Origin: a virus
Taxonomy: Duplodnaviria > Caudoviricetes
IMG/VR virus record: IMGVR_UViG_3300014968_000012
Location: 1-64,000 of that record
DNA length: 64,000 bases
Direction: 5' to 3' (one strand)
The first letter of the stretch is position 1, and every line of letters starts with the position of its first letter. Made by a program: the position numbers and the translations under genes. The notes below the pieces were generated by a model, which ran no database searches, had not been told where the DNA came from, and was given only the letters and a program-made list of their open reading frames with translations. Below, piece after piece: positions 53,236 to 61,415 of the stretch.

Positions 53236-53374
53236 ACGGCATCGCATCCTTTCGACATTGCTTGGCGGCGTGGCGATTTGGTTTTGGTGTCAGGTGGGAC
53301 GTAGGGGCGTCATATCCGCTGGGGCTCGTCCGGTGTCAGCCGGCTTGCCCGCCCGGTGTGGCGTCCCTCGTCGT

Positions 53375-53869
53375 CTATCCGGCGCGTTTCCGGCTGGGAA
53401 GCGTGCGGCGGGTGGGTTTCCCGTCGGGGTCCAGCACACCGATGCTCTTGCCCCAGTGGACCAGCGCGTCCGTCTCGCAGTACGCGCCGGCGTAGGACTT
53501 CCCGCCGCCGGGCTTCTCCTCCACGTTGTGCACGAGGCCGGCCGGGAACTTCCCGGTGGACAGCCACGTACGTAGGCTCACGGCCGTGATGCCCAAGAGC
53601 TCGGGCACGTCGGCGTAGGCAGTGGTGGAGCTCGGCGGCCGCACCGGCGCGGGGAACCGGCCGGCGGCGAGCATGGTCGTGGCCAAGGGGACCTGTTCCG
53701 ACGTGAGCGTGTAGCGCTCGCCGTTGTTCAGGTCCACCACCCATGAGGGCTTGGACTCCCGGGAGCCGGTCACGTACGTGAACCCCTGGATCAGGTGGTC
53801 GTCCATGGCGAATTGCAGCATGCTGCGTCGCTCTTCGATGAGCTCCCACGGGTTGTGCGGACGTGCCAT
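53375..53869 (-). CDS. HTH DNA-binding protein (MerR/excisionase-like C-terminus)
   Basis: YADVPELLGITAVSLRTWLSTGKFP. Confidence 0.7.
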   Translation of the reverse strand: MARPHNPWELIEERRSMLQFAMDDHLIQGFTYVTGSRESKPSWVVDLNNGERYTLTSEQVPLATTMLAAGRFPAPVRPPSSTTAYADVPELLGITAVSLRTWLSTGKFPAGLVHNVEEKPGGGKSYAGAYCETDALVHWGKSIGVLDPDGKPTRRTLPSRKRAG

Positions 53870-53903
53870 GCGGCCTCATTTCGGGGTCGGGGAAGACGAT
53901 TAA

Positions 53904-53932
53904 ATGTTACAGTCTGGCCCGCCACATAGCAA
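53904..53932 (-). promoter_or_regulatory. Promoter of the HTH gene
   Basis: TTGCTA-N17-TAACAT, with an ACAGT half-site next to the -10 box. Confidence 0.5.
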
Positions 53933-53957
53933 CGTGGCGGGAGGGCTTGCGCGCTGG

Positions 53958-54365
53958 TCAGCGGCCGGCGGTGTGCGCGATCCGGGCGAGCTCGGCGCGG
54001 GCCCCGAAGTACTCGGCGGCGCGGGCCTCCCGCTCCTTGCGCTTGCTGACGATCATCAGTTGGAGCGTGCTCAGGGCCTCGTCCTGGCGCGAGATCGGGT
54101 CGGAGTTGTTGCCGGCGTACTCCACGATCCAGCCCGAGAACGTGGACCCCTCGCGCTTGGTGAACTTGCGCACGGTGCCCGGGGCGTGCCATCCGCCGTC
54201 GCGGCCCGTGTAGTCCAGGTCAGCGTCCTGGATCCGGCCGTCCCGGTGGTCCAGCTCCACGAGCCACCACGCGCCGGCGGCCACCTTCACGAGGAACAAC
54301 AGCGGCTCGTCTTCGACGGGCGTCGCGATGCGGCCGCACTTGGTGGTGATCTTCTGAGTCTTCAC
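53958..54365 (-). CDS. Early cassette gene, hypothetical
   Basis: GAGGGGAA RBS after the conserved leader. Confidence 0.65.
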   Translation of the reverse strand: MKTQKITTKCGRIATPVEDEPLLFLVKVAAGAWWLVELDHRDGRIQDADLDYTGRDGGWHAPGTVRKFTKREGSTFSGWIVEYAGNNSDPISRQDEALSTLQLMIVSKRKEREARAAEYFGARAELARIAHTAGR

Positions 54366-54381
54366 GGTGGTTCCCCTCGTT

Positions 54382-54436
54382 CGCTTGGCGGCGTGTTCGT
54401 CCTCTGACGATACAGTGTCGAGTTCGGCACTGTCAA
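54382..54436 (-). promoter_or_regulatory. Cassette promoter, operator and leader, copy 1
   Basis: TTGACA-N18-TATCGT, ACAGTG-N10-CACTGT dyad, CACGCCGCCAAGCG leader. Confidence 0.85.
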
Positions 54437-54472
54437 CGCGAGTGATGGGGCGGCCGCCTGGAGGGGAGACGA

Positions 54473-54518
54473 GAAACGGGCCGTCCGGCGGCGGTGATCG
54501 CGGCGCCGGACGGCCCGT
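54473..54518 (-). terminator. Intrinsic terminator
   Basis: Perfect 15-bp stem ACGGGCCGTCCGGCG followed by TTT on the minus strand. Confidence 0.75.
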
Positions 54519-54634
54519 GCGCGGACGGCGCCGGCCGGGGGGGTGAGCCTGCGCGGTCCGAACTAGCAGGCGCGCCGCGCGACGGTGTTACGCGGTGTTG
54601 CGGGGAGAACACGCGGCGCGCCCTACTTACGAAG

Positions 54635-55288
54635 CTAGCGCGGCTCCCCGCCGACGGCCAGCACCCCGGCCGACCCGTCACTGAGCCGGGCCCGCTCGGC
54701 GTTGACGATCATCTCCAGGAACGAGCCCGGGCGCGCCCCGTCGGACACCAGCCACATGATGATCTGATCCCGCGCGACCTCGGGGCCCGGGAGCCCGCGC
54801 ACGGCGGCGAGCGCGCACATGTAGCCGTACACGCCGGCTTCGGCCAGGGCCGCGCGCAGGCCGGCCCGCTGGTGCGGCGCCAGCGATTCCAGCGCGTCCG
54901 ACTCGGCGCCGTCGGCGGCCTCGTCGGAGTGGGTCAGCAGACGTCGAAGCTCGGCGCGGGCCCGCGTCCACGCCTCGCCGTCCACCGGCCCGGGCTCGTC
55001 CAGCCACCGCGCGGCGGCCGCCGCGGCTTCGGCTTCCTCGGGCGTCGGGTGGGCGGCGACGTACGCCGCCACGGCGGCCCCGTGGGGCAGCGGCTCCCGG
55101 ACGCCGTCCGAGCACGAGCACAATCCGAAGCGCCGGCGCGGCCCGCACGAGCCGTCGCCGCGGCGGTGGTAGCACTCCGAGTCGTCGGCGTGCACCTTGA
55201 TGACGGTCCGCAGGTGGATGACGGGCAGGACCGGCGCGGCGCTCACCGCGTCGGCGTCGCCGCCGGGGGTCGTGATGCTCTCGGGCAT
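54635..55288 (-). CDS. Hypothetical protein with C/H cluster
   Basis: GAGAGGAA RBS. Confidence 0.6.
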   Translation of the reverse strand: MPESITTPGGDADAVSAAPVLPVIHLRTVIKVHADDSECYHRRGDGSCGPRRRFGLCSCSDGVREPLPHGAAVAAYVAAHPTPEEAEAAAAAARWLDEPGPVDGEAWTRARAELRRLLTHSDEAADGAESDALESLAPHQRAGLRAALAEAGVYGYMCALAAVRGLPGPEVARDQIIMWLVSDGARPGSFLEMIVNAERARLSDGSAGVLAVGGEPR

Positions 55289-55401
55289 CGTGGTTCCTCT
55301 CGATCGGTGGGGGCGTGGCGCCCCGGGGCTCAGGTAGAGAACGAGCGCGGCCGCCGACGCGTGGTGTGCGCCGGCGGCCGCGCTCGCGCAGGGGACGTGC
55401 G

Positions 55402-55731
55402 TCAGAACAGGTCGGCCAGCGGCGCCGGCCAGAGCCGGGCAAGCTGGACGGCCGCCCAGTCCCGGGCCCGCTCGTCGGGCGCCGGCGCCGGGTCCCCGGG
55501 CGTCGCCGGCGCCGGGCGCCGGGTGGCGGACATGCCCCGGTCGTACAGGACGGCCCGGACGTGTTCCTCCAGGGAACTGATCCGGGGCGTGGCCGGTCGG
55601 CCCCGCATCGGGTGGGCGGCCAACAGGACGCCGAGCTCGGGCCGGGTCAGGCGGAACGTCGTCGGGACGGATGCCCGCTCGGCGCCGTCGGTGTGCCCGA
55701 CGGTCGTCCGGAACGTCATCGGCGCCGGCAC
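55402..55731 (-). CDS. Hypothetical protein, paralog of the C-terminus of 55733..56383
   Basis: .P.T..LT..EL..L motif. Confidence 0.55.
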   Translation of the reverse strand: MPAPMTFRTTVGHTDGAERASVPTTFRLTRPELGVLLAAHPMRGRPATPRISSLEEHVRAVLYDRGMSATRRPAPATPGDPAPAPDERARDWAAVQLARLWPAPLADLF

Positions 55732-55732
55732 G

Positions 55733-56383
55733 TCAGCGGCCCGTCTCGCCGGCGCTCGGCGTGCCGAACGCGGCGTGCACGATCCGGCGCACGGCGGCCA
55801 GGCGCTCGTCCGCGCCGTCGGGGTACCGGTCGTGGTGGTCCTCGTGGTCTTGCCACCCGTACGCCGCCTGGACGCGGACCTCGTCCTGGGCCCGGTGCCG
55901 GATCACGTCCACGATGGCGTCCCGGTCCTTGGCGTTCCAGGGGAACACGGCGGCGGGGTTGTGGTCCGGGCTGAAGATGAGGCGGTACATCAGCCCCACG
56001 AGCTCGGATTCCGTGAGCTCCAGCGTCACCGGGATGCGCGGCGGGTTGGCGACGTAGTCCCGGGCCGGCCCGAGGTCCGGCGCCGGCACGATGCACGGGA
56101 ACAGCGCCGTCCGGGGCTCCCCGGTCTTGCGGCGGCGCAGGCCGACCAGGGCGGCGCGCCGGTGCTCGGTCGTCTCGCCGTTCACCCACCGGACGCGGAC
56201 GGTGTCGCCGTGGTCCTCCACGAGGCGGCCGGCCATGATCGGGTCCCGCCGGTCGGCGATGTCCTGGCGGTGGGCGACGATGGCGCCGGCCTGGAAGCGG
56301 AGCGCGTTCGTGAGCGCCAGGTACGCGGTGTACGAGTGGTCGCCGTCGGGGACCGGCGGCGTGGTCGGGTCTGTGCTGGTCAT
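55733..56383 (-). CDS. Hypothetical protein with SH3-like segment
   Basis: AGGAAGGA RBS. G.LVED.GDTVRVRW..G motif. Confidence 0.65.
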   Translation of the reverse strand: MTSTDPTTPPVPDGDHSYTAYLALTNALRFQAGAIVAHRQDIADRRDPIMAGRLVEDHGDTVRVRWVNGETTEHRRAALVGLRRRKTGEPRTALFPCIVPAPDLGPARDYVANPPRIPVTLELTESELVGLMYRLIFSPDHNPAAVFPWNAKDRDAIVDVIRHRAQDEVRVQAAYGWQDHEDHHDRYPDGADERLAAVRRIVHAAFGTPSAGETGR

Positions 56384-56408
56384 GGTGGGTCTTGTTCCTT
56401 CCTGGTGA

Positions 56409-56431
56409 GGTGACAGGGCGGTCCTGTCACC
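56409..56431. repeat. Palindrome copy 7
   Basis: GGTGACAGG gcggt CCTGTCACC just upstream of CCAGGAAGGAAC RBS. Confidence 0.85.
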
Positions 56432-56487
56432 GGTGGGACTGGCCGGCGGCGGCCGCGTTGTCAGCCGCGGCCGCCGCCGGCGGGCGG

Positions 56488-56928
56488 TCAGTGGTCGGTG
56501 TGGGCCGGCTCGGCGGCCGGCGGGGTGTCGGCGGCGGCCGCGCGGCGCTCGTCCCGCAGGGCGGCGCGGTAAGCCACCCATTCCTCGGGGCTCATGCCGG
56601 AGTTGCTGAACTCCCGGACGCTGTCCATCACGCGGCCCTTGAACCTGCGGACCGCCTCGCCGGCGTCGCGCGCCGGGACGTCGGCCGGGATCGGCTCGTA
56701 CGTCAACAGGACGTCGGCCATCAGGTCCACGGCCGCCTCGTACGCCGCGCTCGCCGCGCCGTACGCCGGGCTCTGGCGCGGGTGGCCGCCGCGGGCCGCG
56801 ATCTTGGCGCGCAGGTGCTCCATGTCGGCGAAGCGCGCGCCGCAGGCCTTGAACATCGCGGGCAACAGCGCGGCGGGCGGGAGCGCCGGCGGCGCCGGGT
56901 ATGTGACCGCCCGGGGCTGGTTCGTCAT
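56488..56928 (-). CDS. Hypothetical helical protein
   Basis: CCAGGAAGGAAC RBS. Confidence 0.65.
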   Translation of the reverse strand: MTNQPRAVTYPAPPALPPAALLPAMFKACGARFADMEHLRAKIAARGGHPRQSPAYGAASAAYEAAVDLMADVLLTYEPIPADVPARDAGEAVRRFKGRVMDSVREFSNSGMSPEEWVAYRAALRDERRAAAADTPPAAEPAHTDH

Positions 56929-56950
56929 GGTGCTGGTTCCTTCCTGGTTC

Positions 56951-56973
56951 GGTGACAGGGCCGGCCTGTCACC
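56951..56973. repeat. Palindrome copy 8
   Basis: GGTGACAGG gccgg CCTGTCACC just upstream of CCAGGAAGGAAC RBS. Confidence 0.85.
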
Positions 56974-57041
56974 CGTCGGGCTGGGCGGCGGCGCTCGGGC
57001 TCGGGGCCCGGGCGCCGCCGCCGGTGGGCGTAGCGGACCGG

Positions 57042-57734
57042 TTAGAACGGCGGCTCGTTGATCGCCTTGTGGCACCCGCAGTCGCAGGCGGGGTCGAAGA
57101 CCGGGAGGAACCAGCGGTCCCGGACCCGGTCGTCCCCGTAGCCGCCGGCCTCCCACGGCGGGGTGTCGGTGCGGAACTCCACGCCGTAGCCGGTGACCCG
57201 GTCGTGGTCGTGCATGCCGTACGTCGCCGGCTCCACCGCGTACCGGCCGTACTCGTCGTCGCGCTCGGGGGTGTACGGGAGCGTCCACAGCGGGGCGCCG
57301 GTGGCGTTCGCCGCCTCCACCGCGGCGTCCCACGTCGCGCGGGCCGCGACCTCGTACGCCTCGTACGTGCCGGGCAGCGACGCGAGCTCGTCCAGGGTGA
57401 ACGTGCCGGGGCGCATCCACGTGGGGCGGTTCGGGTCGGGGGTGTAGGGCAGGGGCGGGAGCGCGGGGCGGGTCGCGGTGGTCATGGTGTCCTCGTCGGT
57501 CGTGGTGGTCGGGGTGTCGTTGCACTTGGTCCGCAGGGCCTTGAACGCGCCGGCCAGGGCGGTGAGGGTGACGAGCGCCGGGTGGCCGGCGGGGAGCTGG
57601 GCGCGCAGGGCGTCCATCTCGCCGGCGACGCGGGCGGCCTGAAACGCGGCGTTGGCCAGGACGTCGTCCAGGGCGGCGGCGAACGGGGCCGGCGTGGTGG
57701 CCGGCGCCGGGGCGGTGGCGATCAGGGTTCGCAT
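57042..57734 (-). CDS. Early cassette gene, hypothetical (CDCGCH near the C-terminus)
   Basis: TAAGGAA RBS after the conserved leader. Confidence 0.65.
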   Translation of the reverse strand: MRTLIATAPAPATTPAPFAAALDDVLANAAFQAARVAGEMDALRAQLPAGHPALVTLTALAGAFKALRTKCNDTPTTTTDEDTMTTATRPALPPLPYTPDPNRPTWMRPGTFTLDELASLPGTYEAYEVAARATWDAAVEAANATGAPLWTLPYTPERDDEYGRYAVEPATYGMHDHDRVTGYGVEFRTDTPPWEAGGYGDDRVRDRWFLPVFDPACDCGCHKAINEPPF

Positions 57735-57749
57735 CGTTCGTTCCTTACT

Positions 57750-57831
57750 CGCTTGGCGGCGTGGTCTTCCTTGCACGAATTACGTTACAGTGCCGATTCC
57801 CACACTGTCAACATCCAGTGTGGGGATCGGC
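57750..57831 (-). promoter_or_regulatory. Cassette promoter copy 2, inside a hairpin
   Basis: TTGACA-N18-TAACGT, dyad, leader. 16-bp arms at 57792-57807 and 57816-57831. Confidence 0.85.
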
Positions 57832-57843
57832 GCCGGGGAGGGA

Positions 57844-58209
57844 TCAGAGCAGGCCCAGCGACCACAGCGCGCCGGAACGGATCCCGTACCGGTCGTCGTC
57901 GGTCAGGCCGGGCAGGGTGCTGAGGTGGAAGAGGATCACGAACTCCGCGGCCGCGCGGCGCTCGGCGCGGTCCGCGTCGGCGTAATCGGCGGCCAGGGAC
58001 TCGGTCAGCGTGGCCACGAGGAACATTTCCGGGGTGACGACGCCGGCGACGACGCGCGCGCAGGTCACGCAAAGCCGGTCCTTGGGCTCACTCGGCTGAC
58101 CGTTCACGCCGGGCCGGGCCTCGTACCCCATGCCGCACTCGGCGCACATCCCGCAGCGGACGTAGCCGCCGCGGGCCGGGGTCATGTTGGCGGCATTGAT
58201 GGAAGGCAT
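57844..58209 (-). CDS. Early cassette gene, zinc-finger-like (C..C..C...C..C)
   Basis: TAAGGA RBS after the leader. Confidence 0.65.
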   Translation of the reverse strand: MPSINAANMTPARGGYVRCGMCAECGMGYEARPGVNGQPSEPKDRLCVTCARVVAGVVTPEMFLVATLTESLAADYADADRAERRAAAEFVILFHLSTLPGLTDDDRYGIRSGALWSLGLL

Positions 58210-58223
58210 TTCGGGTCCTTACT

Positions 58224-58303
58224 CGCTTGGCGGCGTGGTCTTCCTTGCGAGAACTACGTTACAGTGTCGCGCCCCGCACTGTCAACACAGTGCGGGGCGC
58301 GAC
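58224..58303 (-). promoter_or_regulatory. Cassette promoter copy 3, inside a perfect 17-bp hairpin
   Basis: TTGACA-N18-TAACGT. Arms at 58266-58282 and 58287-58303. Confidence 0.85.
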
Positions 58304-58314
58304 GGGCGGGGCGG

Positions 58315-58647
58315 CTAGCGGACCAGGGCGGCCAGGCCGGCGGCGTCGGCCAGGCGCTCGGGCGTGCGCGCGGTCACCGTCTCGGGGACCAGGCGGATGT
58401 CCGCGTTCAGGCCGACGTTCAGCATCCGGAAGTCGGCCGGGTCGCCGGCGTACGCCGAGACGATCAGGGCGCACGCGGTGTCCGACGGGACGGCCGGCGC
58501 CTTGACGTTCTGGACCTCGTACCAGCCGCCGGAGGACAGGCGGACCAGGCGCCCGACGAGCTCCAGGCGCAGGGTCGCCAGGTCACGGCCGGCGCAGGTG
58601 TAAGCCTCGTACGCCTTGTCCAGGTTGGCGGCGGCGAACTTGTTCAT
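58315..58647 (-). CDS. Early cassette gene, hypothetical
   Basis: GAGAGGGA RBS after the leader. Confidence 0.65.
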   Translation of the reverse strand: MNKFAAANLDKAYEAYTCAGRDLATLRLELVGRLVRLSSGGWYEVQNVKAPAVPSDTACALIVSAYAGDPADFRMLNVGLNADIRLVPETVTARTPERLADAAGLAALVR

Positions 58648-58659
58648 CGTGGTCCCTCT

Positions 58660-58741
58660 CGCTTGGCGGCGTGTTTCCTTACGAGAGAAACGTTACAGTG
58701 CCGCACCCCACACTGTCAACGTGTGCGAGGTGCGGCACTGT
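58660..58741 (-). promoter_or_regulatory. Cassette promoter copy 4, inside a hairpin
   Basis: TTGACA-N18-TAACGT. Arms at 58695-58713 and 58721-58741. Confidence 0.85.
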
Positions 58742-58758
58742 TACCGCAGGTCAGGACC

Positions 58759-59418
58759 CTACGAGCGGTGACCGCCGCGGGGCGCGATGGCGTCGCGCCG
58801 CTTCTGTTCGGAGACGGTCAGGCCGCCCACCGTCGTGGCGTCCAGCTCGGCGGCGCGCGCCAGGTGAAGGGCGTCGTCCGCGTCGGCGAACACCGAATGC
58901 GCCAGGGCGGTGAGGTCGTCCACCTGCGTGCGGGCGGCGCGGGCGGCGGCGATGCGCTCGCGCGTCGCGGCGGCACGGGCGGCGAGCTCGGCGGCCGGCG
59001 CGGCGATAGCGTGGTCACGGGCCATCCGGTCCCGGGCGGCGCGGCCGTCGTCCTCCCGGCGCTTGAGCTCGGTCAGGCCGTCGTGGACGGCCCGGGCCCG
59101 GGCCAGCGTGACTTGCGCCGCGCGGTGGGCGCGGCCGCCGGCGCTGTCCTCGTCCGGGCACAACCCCTGACGTTCGATGCGCTCGCCGTCGGCGTGGACG
59201 TGGACGACCGGGCAGCGCTCGGACGCCAGGTCTTCGGCGTGCCAGGCCGCGCGGTACGTCTCCCAAGCGCCCCGGATCAGCACCTCCAGGCCCGGGCAGT
59301 AGTGCGGCCGGCCGGCGTCGTCGGCGACGTCGGCGCGCGCGGCCGCGTCCATCGCCGGCGCCTGGTCGGCCAGCGCGATGGCAGCGAACGGGTCGGCCGC
59401 CGGTTGAACGTGATTCAT
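58759..59418 (-). CDS. Helical hypothetical protein
   Basis: TAAGGA RBS. Confidence 0.6.
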   Translation of the reverse strand: MNHVQPAADPFAAIALADQAPAMDAAARADVADDAGRPHYCPGLEVLIRGAWETYRAAWHAEDLASERCPVVHVHADGERIERQGLCPDEDSAGGRAHRAAQVTLARARAVHDGLTELKRREDDGRAARDRMARDHAIAAPAAELAARAAATRERIAAARAARTQVDDLTALAHSVFADADDALHLARAAELDATTVGGLTVSEQKRRDAIAPRGGHRS

Positions 59419-59501
59419 GAATCGTGATCCTTAGGTCAGGTGGCTGAGGTGTCGGCCCCGGTGCCGGGCGCTGTCAGACGCCCGGCACCGGGGGTCGTGC
59501 T

Positions 59502-59801
59502 CTACAGCGCGGCGGCCAGGGCGTCGCGCTCGGCGTCGCCGGCGGCGCGCATGATCGTGGCCTCCAGCGACGCGATGGCGGCCAGGACGTCGCGGTGGAC
59601 GCCGCCGAACTCGGCGTCGGTGAGCGTGTCCCACGCGGCGCGGCGCTGGGCGATCACGGCGGCGTGCTCCACCGCGTCGGGCGAGGCGCCGGCGAGGCGG
59701 GCCCGGCCCTGGGCGGTGGTGTACGCGTTGCCGGCGGCGCGGGTCGCCTCTTCCATCACGGCCACGTAGGACTCGCGCTGGTGGCTGGGGTCGGTGCTCA
59801 T
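59502..59801 (-). CDS. Early cassette gene, helical hypothetical protein
   Basis: GAAAGGAA RBS after the leader. Confidence 0.65.
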   Translation of the reverse strand: MSTDPSHQRESYVAVMEEATRAAGNAYTTAQGRARLAGASPDAVEHAAVIAQRRAAWDTLTDAEFGGVHRDVLAAIASLEATIMRAAGDAERDALAAAL

Positions 59802-59818
59802 GGGGCGGTGGTTCCTTT

Positions 59819-59871
59819 CGCTTGGCGGCGTTGCGATGGCAACGTTACGGTGTCGGATGCGGAACTGTCAA
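59819..59871 (-). promoter_or_regulatory. Cassette promoter copy 5 (divergence point, leftward)
   Basis: TTGACA-N18-TAACGT, degenerate dyad, ACGCCGCCAAGCG leader. Confidence 0.8.
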
Positions 59872-59948
59872 CACCGAAGTGACCGGCCGCGACGCCTCAT
59901 CAAAGACGTGTAGTGCGGTGGCGTGCGCGGCCGCCACTCCCCATCATG

Positions 59949-59978
59949 TTGACAGTGTCGCGCTCGGCAACGTATCGT
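59949..59978 (+). promoter_or_regulatory. Cassette promoter copy 6 (divergence point, rightward)
   Basis: TTGACA-N18-TATCGT, left dyad half ACAGTG. Confidence 0.75.
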
Positions 59979-60020
59979 CTGGCGCGTCAGAGCTCCACCC
60001 GCCCGACGGAAGGAACCGCG

Positions 60021-60686
60021 GTGAACGCCACGCAGACCAAGCGGCGCCCCTGGCCGCGCGTGTGGGTCGTCCTGCCCGACGGCCACGTGGTCCAGCACGC
60101 GACGAACCGCGCGCCGGCCGTCGCCGTCGTGGTGCCGACCGGCCGGCCGGACCGCCCGTGGGCCGTCGTGTCGTACGTGAAGTCCGAGCGGACCGCCCGG
60201 TGGGTGGTCCGGACGCGCGGCCTGGTCGGCGACGTCCGGACGCTGCCCGTGTACGACAACGAGGCCGCCCGGGACGCCGCGCTGGAGGCCCTGCGCACGC
60301 AGGACGAGCGCGACCGGACGGCGCGCGCGGCGGCTCGGCGGGCCGGCAAGAACGCCACCGACTCGCACGCCCCCGGCGCCGGCCGCGACGCCACGGACGA
60401 GGAATGGGAAGCGCTCGCCGTCCCGGCGCCGGTCAAGCTGGACCGGGCCGTCATGGTGCTGACCCTGCTCAAGAACGGGCGCGGCGTGATCGAAGGACCC
60501 GGGTTCACCGCCACGTTCCACGGCCACCGGGGCATGTTCTACGCCACGCAGACCACCGCCGGCCCGAAGCCGGTTGTCGCCGCCGCGCGCAACCGGGACG
60601 AGGCGGTCCGGGACCTGGCGGTGGCGCTGGGCGTGGTCGCGGACCGGTACGTGGTTCAGGTGGAGATGACGCGCGACGGCCGCTGA
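60021..60686 (+). CDS. Early cassette gene, hypothetical
   Basis: GGAAGGAA RBS, GTG start. Confidence 0.6.
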   Translation: MNATQTKRRPWPRVWVVLPDGHVVQHATNRAPAVAVVVPTGRPDRPWAVVSYVKSERTARWVVRTRGLVGDVRTLPVYDNEAARDAALEALRTQDERDRTARAAARRAGKNATDSHAPGAGRDATDEEWEALAVPAPVKLDRAVMVLTLLKNGRGVIEGPGFTATFHGHRGMFYATQTTAGPKPVVAAARNRDEAVRDLAVALGVVADRYVVQVEMTRDGR

Positions 60687-60694
60687 CCTGCGGC

Positions 60695-60783
60695 GTTACA
60701 GTGCCGCGCTCCACAGTGTTGACAATGTGGGGAGCGACACTGTAACGTCTCTCTCGTAAGAACACGCCGCCAAGCGAGAGGGA
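60695..60783 (+). promoter_or_regulatory. Cassette promoter copy 7, inside a hairpin
   Basis: TTGACA (60719)-N18-TAACGT, leader. Arms at 60695-60715 and 60726-60746. Confidence 0.85.
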
Positions 60784-60788
60784 CCGAC

Positions 60789-61307
60789 ATGAACACCACG
60801 ACCACCGCCACCGCCCCCGCCTTCCGTCTCGACCGGAACTCGGAAACGGCCGTCATCCTCCAGAACGCCGGCTTTGAGGACGCGGCGGTCATCATGCGCG
60901 ACGGCATCAAGGACGGCGGCCAGCGCGTCGGCGTGGTCTACTTCGACGCCGAGCGGCTGGAGTACGTCGCGTACGTGGACGGCGAGCGCGACGCGTTCAC
61001 CTCGGGTGAGCGCTTCGACGCCGCCGCCAAGCTCGTGGAGTCCCTGCCCGCGCCCGTCGTGCCGGAGTGGACCACGATGCCGGCGCAGGACATGAAGCCG
61101 GGTTACCGCTACTGGAGCGTGCGCCCGGGCTATGAGTCCAATTGGACGATCAAGTCCGTAGAGATCAGCGAGGCGTCGTACCAGGTGGACCGCGGGAACG
61201 GCTGGTTCACCCCCGTGCTGGTCACCGTGACCCGCCGCGACGGCGTGGCCCAGACCCACGAGTACGGCGACGAGGTGGCGATACAGGGCCCTTGGAAGAC
61301 TGTCTGA
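60789..61307 (+). CDS. Early cassette gene, two small beta domains
   Basis: GAGAGGGA RBS after the leader. Confidence 0.7.
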   Translation: MNTTTTATAPAFRLDRNSETAVILQNAGFEDAAVIMRDGIKDGGQRVGVVYFDAERLEYVAYVDGERDAFTSGERFDAAAKLVESLPAPVVPEWTTMPAQDMKPGYRYWSVRPGYESNWTIKSVEISEASYQVDRGNGWFTPVLVTVTRRDGVAQTHEYGDEVAIQGPWKTV

Positions 61308-61325
61308 CCGCGCCCAGCCCGCGCC

Positions 61326-61400
61326 GTGTCGGCCCCCACACTTGACAGTGTGGGGGCCGACACTGTAACGTCTTCCATGTCAGCAAGCCACGCCGCCGCC
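61326..61400 (+). promoter_or_regulatory. Cassette promoter copy 8, -35 box in the loop of a perfect 16-bp hairpin
   Basis: GTGTCGGCCCCCACAC-TTGACA-GTGTGGGGGCCGACAC, then TAACGT. Confidence 0.85.
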
Positions 61401-61415
61401 AGTGAGGAACCCGAG

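Noticed and set aside
57792-61363. Hairpin promoters as Frpo-like ssDNA promoters
   Set aside because: Less favoured rather than excluded. The mirror arm appears only where an upstream gene lacks a separate terminator, and no conjugation genes are present.
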